From Paraspadella gotoi (taxonomy: Eukaryota; Animalia; Chaetognatha): a DNA stretch of 64,000 nucleotides. The stretch is from positions 1,115,576 to 1,179,575 of the forward strand of contig JBJCIZ010000028.1 of NCBI GenBank assembly GCA_051294375.1, read 5' to 3'. The position numbers and the translations under genes were made by a program. The first letter of the stretch is position 1, and each line of letters opens with the position of its first letter. Shown here one piece after another: positions 51,470-61,790 of this stretch. The notes beneath the pieces were generated by a model. It had not been told where the DNA came from and did no database searches. It worked only from the letters and a program-made list of their open reading frames with translations.

Positions 51470-52293
51470 TTCGACGATCTAATTATGGCGTCAAGTCACG
51501 TGACGCGTGAGGGACGCCGCGTCATCGTTTACTGGCTGAAATACTTTTTTTTGCTAAAGAAAAAAATTGATGTAAACAGGAGACAAGCAAAAATAACGAC
51601 GCTCAGAACCACATATAAAAATAACTCTGTGGGGTCATCTCATCTCCAGCCTCCTTCAGCCAATACGACCAATGTAACGCAAAATCCCAACCGTGCCTGA
51701 CTACTACTTCCCACTTGGTTGTCAAAGAGTGACGGTACCGGTGTAGCAAGGGGCCACCATTTTGGGTCCAAACGCCAACAAGTGAGATGACAAAACCAGC
51801 TGGGCATAAGTTACTCGACTGTGGCTCCCGCCCTCAAAAAATACGAAAAATAATTTAATGATTAAACGCAATAGCAATTGAAGGCGGGAGAAAATTACCT
51901 AAACTTTTGCTTTAGGCTAAAGTAAAAGTTGTCCTTAAATCAGTATTTTTCCATTTCTACCAAGTAATGTATATTAAAATAGATATTATACACGATACGA
52001 CGATCAGATGATCTACCATGTTCATAATGCAATCAGTTTTCTAATTGGGTCAATATTAACCGGGACTTTTCTTTAAAAAGCCTGTACAATTGTATACTCA
52101 CAGTATTAGAGCTAGTCAATCAACGAGAACTGAAATTATACTAACGTTGTGATATTTAGAAACGATGGCGATATTTCAAATGTAATAATGTAAATGTTTT
52201 TAAAAAGTTAAAAGAGGAAAAAAAAACGAACTGAGAAACCAAAAGATAAAAATAAGAAATTTACGCGATTCAAAACTCATTTTCTACCTAAAA

Positions 52294-52857
52294 CTACAGA
52301 GACTGAGTCAGATCCGACAATGAAGTAATCAAGCGACGGAGCTCGCACAAGTTCAGATCTAAAAGGCCCGTTTTGTCGGCCATTTTGTCGGCCATTTGGT
52401 CGGTCACTCCATCGGCGCGACGCAAGCGAAGAGAGAGGAGGGCGTGGGGCTTCGCCATCCCGACAGACTTGTCTGAGGCGAGAACCAGACAGACGGACCA
52501 ATCGAAACTTGAGAGTGAGAGAGGAGAGATAAATAGAGAGCGATCGCGGAGATTCCTCTCGAGATCGATTCGACGCCGTCGCGCGCAAGAGACGATCAGG
52601 GAATGAGGATCGTCCAGTCGTTCGTCGAGATCCACTTCTTTGTTGACACGCCCATCGACGCTCCTCGACGCCAATCGGGTGACGGCGTCGGAGAGAAGGC
52701 GCCACTCGAGGGCAGAGACGCTGGCGGCGAAGTCTTCCGGCCGCGGGGTCGTCTTCGTCGTCGTCGTCGTCTCCAACAAAAGATGGACGCATTTTCGACG
52801 AAGATCTCGTGGGACTTTAAAAAGGAGATCGAGCGACGTCGAGTCGTCGAAGGCCAT
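52294..52857 (-). CDS. COMMD8: COMM domain-containing protein 8
   Basis: C-terminal COMM domain LSSFDWSVCLVLASDK...ALLSLRL...LDLNLCELRRLITSL; single exon. The paralogue assignment comes from recalled similarity. Confidence 0.78.
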   Translation of the reverse strand: MAFDDSTSLDLLFKVPRDLRRKCVHLLLETTTTTKTTPRPEDFAASVSALEWRLLSDAVTRLASRSVDGRVNKEVDLDERLDDPHSLIVSCARRRRIDLERNLRDRSLFISPLSLSSFDWSVCLVLASDKSVGMAKPHALLSLRLRRADGVTDQMADKMADKTGLLDLNLCELRRLITSLSDLTQSL

Positions 52858-53510
52858 CGCCAGAAAGAGACCGGGCGGTGAGGGGAAAAGGCACGCTGAC
52901 CCAGTCGCGCAACGAACAAAGAGGCACGCTGCCCGCTGTACGAAAAGGGGGACGGCGACGAATGAAGCAATCCGGCAAGACTGGCGAGTCGATTTTCAGG
53001 CTAAACTGTCCCACTTATCAAATAGGTTTCTTTTATCCCACTAAACATTAGTTTTTTATGAAACTAGTATTAATAAATATCTATGATTCTGAGGCGGGTT
53101 TAACCGACCAGCCGTTTAAACTTTAATCAAAAGTCTAAACAAAACGACATGAGAATAACTTGTTTTACTGCATTGTATCCTCTGAGAGAATTACCCTCGT
53201 TAATAAGGAAAGATAGAGCAGTCAACTTTTAATAGCATATTACTCCGTGCTGCGTTAGACAGAGAAAAAGACTTCGGCAACTGGAAATATCACATTAAAT
53301 TTGCCCGAAAATCCAAATCTCTTTTCTTTCGAGGGACGAATGGGCCGCCCCTGTTCCACGCGCTTGGCGAACAAAGAACTGGGTTCAGTTCTCAGAATGA
53401 AGAACCAAATTAAGATGTCAAATTCTTATAATAATAATATATATATAATAATAAATCCTTACAAAGGATTCGCGGATTTGGTATCCAAAGTGACTAAGAA
53501 TAGATTCTCA

Positions 53511-54842
53511 TCAAAAGAGTCCGTATTGTTCGATGCTCCTGAGAAGAGAGAGAACATCGTAGGCGGTTTTAAATCGTTTTTGAGTTTTATAGACGACAGT
53601 TCGAGGGTCGACTGGAGGCGGAGGGAGATAGCGGTCGACGGAAGAGTTGGAGTCGTCGCCTCCTCCGTTGGATTGAGTTGAGCGAAGGTTGGAGGAGGGA
53701 GAAGAATTGGAGGAGTTTCGACCAGCGACTGGAGATTGGGTTGGGTAAGGTCTTTATTTAAATATTATTTAATACGTTTAATTATTTAATACTCGTTTTA
53801 CCAAAAGTTTTATTGTTTTTTAATTGTTTTTATCAATCTATACTTTATGAGTTCCACAATCTCATTAACACATCGCAACAATTCATATTATTCTTCTATG
53901 TTATTCGTTAATGTTGTACATTGTATAGATTAAAAACGAAAAAAATTATTAGAAAACTCTTGCTGGTTAAATCTGGAAAATGCCCAGTAGAGTTCCATTT
54001 TAAAATCTACGAATTAATGGAAAGCCTCAACCTTTTTTCTTCTTCTGCTTTTCAGAATTAATCTTTTCAAGCAGTTAATGTTGGAAGATAAATGAACAAT
54101 TGAACGTAATTAACTAATTTACCTTCTCCAACTCTTTCCGCCTCCCGCTCAGAGTCTCTATCCGGCTTCGGATTAAACCGAACCTCCGTGTAAGCGAGAA
54201 GACCGTCGTCGAGCCGCTGGTCCGGTCGCGCCGCCGCAGCCGCCGCAGCCGCCGCTTGGTCGAGCGGATCGAGCGGATCGAGCGGATCGAGCGGAGTGTT
54301 GTTGACGTCGATCACAATGACTGTTTTGTCAGAATAAGCGTCGAGTTCACGAAAGTCGACGACGTTGTGGGCGAAGAGAACCCCGTGACTCACGGGGAAG
54401 AGGCACCAGCCCATGGGGAGGCCCACGCGGCGGGTCGAGACGATGAGGTCTTCGATAGAGGCCAGGGACCAGTCCCCGGGGCCTGGAGCGGAGATGGCGG
54501 AGTTGACAATGGCATTTGACGAATATAAATTAAAATTGACAATTAAGAAGTATTGTGGCGGTATATTCACACCGCCTGACCTTCAACTCCATTTAGCCAA
54601 TCCCAATGGCGAACGCGGTACAACAACCGTCGGCAACCCAGTGGCATGCGGCGGCACTGAGGGTCGGAAGCCCCTAAAGCCAACAATGAGATGCCCATCC
54701 CAATAGGCATCGCTACATCACTACAAATTATTATTTACCAGTGAGATGCCCAACAATGAGATGCCCATCCCAATAGGCGTCGCTACATCACTACAAATTA
54801 TTATTTACCTGCCTGACAAGCGAAGTTTAATCGCGAACCCAT
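53511..54842 (-). CDS. Uncharacterised protein, 3 exons
   Basis: Exons 54842-54809 (MGSRLNFACQA), ~54482-54123 (LPMGWCLFPVSHGVLFAH) and ~53729-53511 (RFKTAYDVLSLLRSIEQYGLF*). Both junctions are phase 1 and compatible. Confidence 0.65.
54680..54809. repeat. 70-bp-period direct duplication at the start of an intron
   Basis: CAACAATGAGATGCCCATCCCAATAGGC..CGCTACATCACTACAAATTATTATTTACC occurs at 54681 and 54751. Confidence 0.9.
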
Positions 54843-55047
54843 GCACGAATCTTGGGGACAAAAGTTTTGACTCAAATTTAATTTTTGGAAAATGAATTTG
54901 AGTTCAAAGTTGAAGTTTAATTCATACTAATTCTACTAATTAGAGGCTTAAAAAAAAAAGGAAACACATTGTCAAAATAGAAAAATTTAATAAAAAACTA
55001 GAAATTTGCTCTAAGAAAGTCGTAAGTCGACTTCCCCCCCCGTTCCT

Positions 55048-56187
55048 CTACGTTTGCCCAGTTCCTCTAAACAGAGCGGGGAACCAAAAGAGTTTTTCTC
55101 GTCCCTGATCGTCGACCCAGGCGAGGCCTTCCTTGACGAGGTGATCCAGGGCACGCTTGGCCCGCTCGGGCTCCCAACCGTGAAGGCTCTGCAGCTGCCG
55201 CACGCCGACGCGGCCGCTGCCGTCCTCTGCGGCGGCGAGGACAGTCGTGTGATCGGGATTGAGTTCGCCCGGAACTGACTGGACGAGGTGACGGGTTTTG
55301 CCTTGGGCGACGGGGAGAGGGATCACGGTGAACCCGTTGCCAAGGACTTGGGGGGGGGGAGAAGGGAATGAATGGAGAAAATCGGACAAAATCTTTAAAC
55401 AAATTAATCAATACATTATACAAAGAAAGTAATAGTCCACATCAACAACAACAACAAAAAAAGTACTTGCCACCCTTATCCCCTAACCTTTCAATTTCTT
55501 GATCGCTCTCTGCACGTCGTCCATAGAGACTTCAACATCCCCAGTCTTGCTTCCCCTCGATCTCGTCTTGACGAGCCTTTCCCTCAATTCGTCGAGCCAC
55601 ATGAGGCCTCCGTTCCGCGCCGCCGTCGCCATGCAGATCTCCACGATCTGAACGTCCAACTCGTAGTAGAAATCGCCGACGCCGAGCATCTCGGACCAGA
55701 AGCCTTTGCCGGAGGCGAGAGGGTCCACTCCGACGGAGGAACACATCTCTGGAGGCCGAGACGAAGGGTTGGAGATCATTCCCTCGTTTTGGACAATTTT
55801 TTTTTTTCAACGATATCAAAAATAACCCTAATGCTGTTAAATGAAATGAAATTAAATTAATTATTTCGAACTTCAAATCAACCACGAATTTAGCTAAGCT
55901 GGAGTCCTAAACTACTCCAATTAAAATAAATAAAAGCAAAATAATAGGCTTCAAACATGATTTTGATTAATTCCAACTTCACCTTGAAACTGCGCCCGAA
56001 AGGCCGAGTTCTTCTTGATCTCATGCTTGTGCTTGGCGGCGAAATCTTGGAGATGATCCCGAAAGAGGTCAAGCTGTTTGGTTAGTTCATTGAGCTGATC
56101 CTGAGCCAGTTCGTATCCTTTCTCTTTAAATTTCGATTCGGCCAACTTCTTTTTGTTGATGGCGCCGAGACCGTGACCGCGTCTCAT
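55048..56187 (-). CDS. SNF8: ESCRT-II subunit SNF8 / EAP30 / Vps22
   Basis: MRRGHGLGAI..., [56 protein letters not shown]...FWFPALF; three exons. Confidence 0.96.
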
Positions 56188-56534
56188 TGTGGGCGCGGCG
56201 GTGGGGGTGGGTGAGAATAACAACAACAACGACGAAACGCAAATAAAAGATGAATAACGTTTTTTATTTCACGTTTTACTGGAGGAAAATGAAAAAGATG
56301 AAAGGAGATAAGAAATGATAAATTGACCGATTCTAAAAAAAAATGTCACAACACGAAAAAGTCAGTTTTGTGTGAGACAAACTCGAGAGAGTGAAGTGGA
56401 TTGACGATTCGTGTCATCAACAAAGACTTTATTGTCTCACTGATCCCGTCCACTTTCGACGAGGCAATCTTCAATCAAGCAAGGAGCGAGCCCAGTCGCC
56501 TTAACCAAGCAAAGGCCAACAAAAGCAATCGCCT

Positions 56535-58466
56535 TTACCAAGCGTAGGACGACGTCGTCGTCGAGGTATGACTGAGGAAAATCTTTAAAGCCAAAAGAGA
56601 AATCCCGGATGTAATAAGACTCTTGAGAAGAAGAATCGCCCAGGATGTGAGGCCGAACGCTTGAGTGATCACTTCTACGATTAGGATTCTAAAAAGGAGA
56701 GAGAGGCTTAAATTAAATCATTAATTAATTAAATAATTGTCTTTTGGGTTTATGTTTAGTCTCATTCCTTGTAGAAATTTGCTTTTGCTTACCTCTAGTT
56801 TTTAATCCTTAATCCTTGATCACAGCTACATTTTTGATCTATTAAGCTAATAACTATTATTTATTAACCCGCTACTTTTTAAATTTCCAAACTTTCTTTC
56901 AATTAAAAAAAAAAAGAGAAGATTAGCGACCTGTAAAGACTGAGTCCGAGCAGAACGAGGACGATTGGCAGGAGGGATCGAGGTTGAAGATCGTGACGAC
57001 TCCAGAGCCACACGAGCGTCGCCATGGCGACCGATTGGACGAGACTCAAGTTTGAGTCAAGACTCATTTGAACGTATTTCCAGTCGAACTCGATCCCCCG
57101 CGCGCCCACCTTAATTTGTTCATTTTAGAATTAACTATAAAGAATTGTAGTAGAGTCATTTCCAGTACATCGAGATTGATCTCCTAATCTTATTTGCATA
57201 TTGTAGCAGTTTATATTATTATTAGTATTGAAGAGACAGTAATTATTGTTATGTGTTATTGACAGACCTGACTTCGGATCAGGCTGTAGCACCGTGTTAC
57301 AGACGGGTTAAGCGCCCCGTCCCTCTTAACTGCTAGGCGACCACCGGGCTAGAACCACGAACCTTTGGGTTGGGAGGCGAATGATTTGCCTCCTGCACCA
57401 ATGGCCGCTGATGAACGGTTGGTGGATTTTAGTCCACCATAGTATCTTTGTTAGGTTCTCTTACATTGGAATATATTTTTCATTAAAGGGTTAAAAATCA
57501 AGAGAACTATAAGTAGTAGGACTGAACTATTTAGTTCAAGGTAAAGAAATAAAGATACTCACCAAAAAAAAAATGTTCTAAATACAAATGTATAAATGTT
57601 CAAATGTATAACTTTAACAATTATAACACCAAGGTTTCGTCAGAAGGTCAGGACCTTCAAAACGTAGGCAAGCCTCTAAAGAGCGACCCTCACCCAAAGT
57701 GGAATGAATCTGGTCATAATGAGCTCGGCCGTCGCCCAACCGACGCCAGCGACCAAAAACTTGATCTCCGCTTTCCCCGATGTTTTGCTCATCACCAGAT
57801 GAAGGCCAACTAAATCCACCACGTCCACCGTCGTCTGGAAAGGACAAAAAAAAATTAATACTTCATTAAAAATTAATTAATACAATTTTATTTCAGTTGA
57901 TCGACCTTAAAGAATTCTCCCTTGATATCCAAGGAGCCCGGAGGAGATTCCGATGTCGGGAAAAAAGTAGCTAAAATCATCATCTTGACTAATTGGGTGA
58001 AGAGATAAGCGCAACCTGGAAGAGAATAACTTTGCAGTTTATATGAAATACTCAATTAATTAATTATTGATCAGAGAATTCGCGAAAATTCATTTCAATA
58101 ACCACGACTCCTTCAATAAGACTACCCTGATCTACAATTTAAGCTCATTATCAAAAACAATTCATTAGGCCTAAAAAATTACGATTGAATTAATGATTGT
58201 TTTTCTCACGAAGTTGATTTATTCAGTTTTAATTGATCGATCTAGTGGCGTTTTCTGTCATATCGTTCTTGTACTTTTGAGGTAACGAAAACCAAAATAA
58301 GTTTGTTTAAATAATTGGAAGAAAAAAAGTGTAGATTTTTCGCGAGCTTACCAGCGTAGACGCATTTGTAAAAGGCGCTGTACTCTGACAAACCAGAAAA
58401 CTTGTACGTGATCAAGTAAGGGACGTAGGCGAGAGCCACGCAGTTCCCGAAATGAAAGAAAGTCAT
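56535..58466 (-). CDS. TMEM147: Transmembrane protein 147 (BOS complex subunit)
   Basis: [54 protein letters not shown]; ~5 exons; stop TAA at 56535. Confidence 0.94.
57229..57441 (-). mobile_element. Solo LTR of the tRNA-containing TRIM at 21408
   Basis: Colinear with LTR 21408-21640 (TATGGTGGACTAAAA...ACTGTCTCTTCA); perfect 4-bp TSD GTAT (57225-28 / 57442-45). Confidence 0.9.
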
Positions 58467-58989
58467 TATTTTTTTTTGTGGAATTAATTCTAAAAAAAAA
58501 ACATGTAAAAGTGGTGTATATATTTCGAACCCCGTTCAGTGACGATTGTAAAATGAGACATAAAAACCGCGACCGTCTCGCCTCTTAGCGACAAGTAATG
58601 GGAATCACGATGACATAATTGTATTATCTACTTAGTATCGAGAAGAGAGAAAAATCGTTAGATTGAGAAAAAAGGCAAAAATCTGAATAAGAATCCGGGA
58701 AGTGAGAGGGATAAGGAAGCGGGGGAAGGAACACTCAAAAAGTTGAAAAAATAAGAGAGAGAGAAAAGAAAAGAAAAGAAAAGAAAAGAAAAGAAAAGAA
58801 AAGAAAAGAAAAGAAAAGACAAGACTAAATTGTAGAATGCATGAATCACTGACCAAAGCTCAAGCTTCACCAAGCCCTCGACAAAGACACTGCTCCGGCA
58901 CAAACATTGTAAAAATACTTCTTGGCTCCACAATTACTACATCTTATAAATAAATGATTAATCAAAAAAAAAAAAGTTCAATGAGCTGG

Positions 58990-61502
58990 TCAAACCCCCA
59001 AAGGGTGCGACTGCACCGTCCCCTGCGCGTCGACCACCGCCTGCGAGATCTCCTTCATCATCTTGAAGTCTTTCTCCATGGCGGATCCCGCTACTTGAGA
59101 GAGACTCGTGTTCACTCTCTCCGTCGCCAAGTCCGTCCACAGCGTCGCCATCAGCAGCTCGTGCTGCGCGGAGGCGATGTTCTTGTTGAGCGAGTGCGTA
59201 GCGCGAGAGAGAACGCAGACCGTAGCGTAAATATCTATGGCGGCTTCGGCGATCCGCTTGAGCTGAAACTGTTGATCCACGATCTTCTTGCCGTGTTTGC
59301 GGAGGAGATATTCGCAGGCGAAACCAAAGTCGTCGATAGATCGAGAGAGTTTCTTCGCCGAACCAGCGAGTTTGGAATGCACGTGATCTTGAATGGGCGG
59401 ACCCTGCCCGACGCCAAGAAGTCGGGCGGCCCGGCGCGGACCCTCTTCTTTAATGACGCCGGCGAGTTGACGCGGATCCTGCACCTTCTTCATCAGCGCC
59501 GCCAAGTGGCCACCGGAGAATTGAAGACCCGTGAGAGCGACGAAGATGCGAAGGATGTCGTTGGTTCCTTCAAAGATGCGGAAGATGCGAAGATCACGAA
59601 GACGCTTCTCCAACCCCGTCTCCGTCATGAACCCCATTCCGCCCATGATCTGAATGGCTTCGTCCACGACGAACCACGCCGCTTCCGAAGCGAACACTTT
59701 ACTGATCGCAGCCTCGATTTGATATTCCTTCGCTCCGGCGTCCATGTTGCCGGCGACGGTGTAGGCCATCGATTCCGTGGCGTACTGCGTCACCGACATC
59801 CGCGCAAATTTTTCCTGAATGGCGCCGAATTGATGAATGTGTTGCCCAAACTGGGTTCGTTGAGCCGCGAATTCAGCGGCGATGCGGATAGCGGTGCGCT
59901 GCGTGCCCGAAAGGGCGGCGCCCATCCCGAATCGTCCGTTGTTGAGGATCTGCATGGCGACTTTAAAGCCGTTGCCAGGGGCGTCGAGAACGTTCTCCAC
60001 GGGGACGGGAGTGTTGTCGAAGAAGACCTCTGTCGTGTTGGAGCATTTGATGCCCATCTTCTTGTTGGGGCTGCCGCTGGTCACGCCCCCGAAGGCACGC
60101 TCCACGATGAGAGCAGAGATTTTGTCCTGAGTCGTTCCTGTCTTTTCGTCTTTGACTGGAGTTTTGCAGAAGACTGTGAAGACGTCGGCGAATCCCCCGT
60201 TCGATATCCAAACCTGGGAAATAATGCAAAATATCTATTAGTAAATGTTTAAAAAGAAGGAGTTTTTTAATATGGAGCAAAACAAAATATCTATTAGTAA
60301 TTGTTTAAAAAGGAGTTTTTTAATATGGAGCAAAACAAAATATCTATTAGTAATTGTTTTAAAAGAAGTTTTTTAATATGGAGCAAAACAAAATATCTAT
60401 TAGTAATTGTTTAAAAAGAAGGAGTTTTTTAATATGGAGCAAAACAAAATATGTATAAATAATTGTTTAAAAAGAAGGAGTTTTTTAATATGGAGCAAAA
60501 CAAAATATCTATTAGTAATTGTTTAAAAGGAAGGAGTTTTTTAATATGGAGCAAAACAAAATATCTATTAGTAATTGTTTAAAAGGAAGGAGTTTTTTAA
60601 TATGGAGCAAAACAAAATATCTCTTAGTAATTGTTTAAAAAGAAGAAGTTTTTTTAATATGGAGCAAAACATAATTGCATTCACATTTACTAAATACAAA
60701 ATCATGCTTGTTTGGGCGAGTTTTGCAAATTTAATAAACATCAAACAAGTTATCATGCCCCCGTCTTTGGTTAGGATCTGGACGAACACATAAAACTAAT
60801 CGAAATGCCATGCCCACCTTGCTTCCTGTTCAAACATGCCATGCCCACCTTGCTCCCATTCAACACGTAATGCGTTCCTTCCGCGTTCAACTCCGCCTTC
60901 GTCTTAATCGACGAGGCATCGCTTCCGCTTCCGGGTTCCGTGAGGACAAAGGCCGCGTACTTGCGGCCAGTTGCCAAATCCGGCAAGTATTTGGCCTTTT
61001 GTTCCTTGGTGCCAAAGAGGAGAATCCCTTTGTAGCCGATGGACTGATGTGCCCCGACGACGATGGAGAGTCCGAGATCTTCGCCGCCGATGACTTCAGC
61101 CAATCGTCCGTACATCCGGTTGTTCAGTTCTAACCCTTCGTATTCGTGGGGAACTTGAAGGCCGAAGCAGCCCAGCTCCGCCAGGGAGGACATCGTCTCC
61201 GGCGGCACCGTCTCGATCTTGTCGTTGTGCAACGTGTCGTTGACTTCCACCGTCCACTTTTCTAAAGGATCAACCATCGCCGAGAGTTCTTCTCTCTCCT
61301 CGGAGGAAAGGACGGCGGGAAAAGGAAAAACTTGATCCGGTTTGAATTCCCCCTTGAAAATGTTGAACCCGAAACTGTGAGATTCTCTGGGGCCTTTGTT
61401 GTCGGGCAGCGTCGGGCGAAAGTGGCGGCGTTGGGTCGCCATGGCAACTGGAGGAGCCAATTGGCGGACGGAGAGACGGACGGAGGCCGACAAAGCCGAC
61501 AT
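58990..61502 (-). CDS. ACADVL: Very-long-chain acyl-CoA dehydrogenase, mitochondrial
   Basis: Arg-rich transit peptide; GAHQSIGYKGILLFGT, AFVLTEPGSGSDA, NGSK|VWISNGG, LRDLRIFRIFEGTNDILR; C-term HPLGV. Two exons (61502-60849, ~60213-58990). Confidence 0.92.
60228..60672. repeat. 53-56-bp AT-rich tandem repeat (~8 units) abutting the ACADVL 3' splice site
   Basis: Unit AAAATATCTATTAGTAATTGTTTAAAAAGAAGGAGTTTTTTAATATGGAGCAAAAC. Confidence 0.93.
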
Positions 61503-61790
61503 TTTAGCGGAGGGGAAGGCAGGGAGAGGCCGACACCCGGCGATTATTTTAGTGAAAAAAAAAATATCCTACTTTGTTTTGATCTGAAGGAAAATAAATA
61601 ATTAGACTAAAACGATTAACAAAAGAGTAAAAAAATAAATATTGAAAACCTAGAGTCGCGAGCGACGAAAGTGCCAAACACCGGGAACTAACTAGGATCA
61701 CAACGTCTAAAATTAATTACGGGATTCACGTAACTAAGCGTCTCTATCACTTGAGTATTTCACAATTGGAGTCACAGCCCAAAAAAACTG

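Noticed and set aside
51690-51810. GC-richer intergenic patch as a possible snoRNA
   Set aside because: No convincing C/D or H/ACA boxes, or termini.
58954-60252. 432-aa plus-strand ORF and similar long antisense ORFs over WASHC2 and RNF146
   Set aside because: Antisense shadows of GC-rich coding exons with no recognisable domains.
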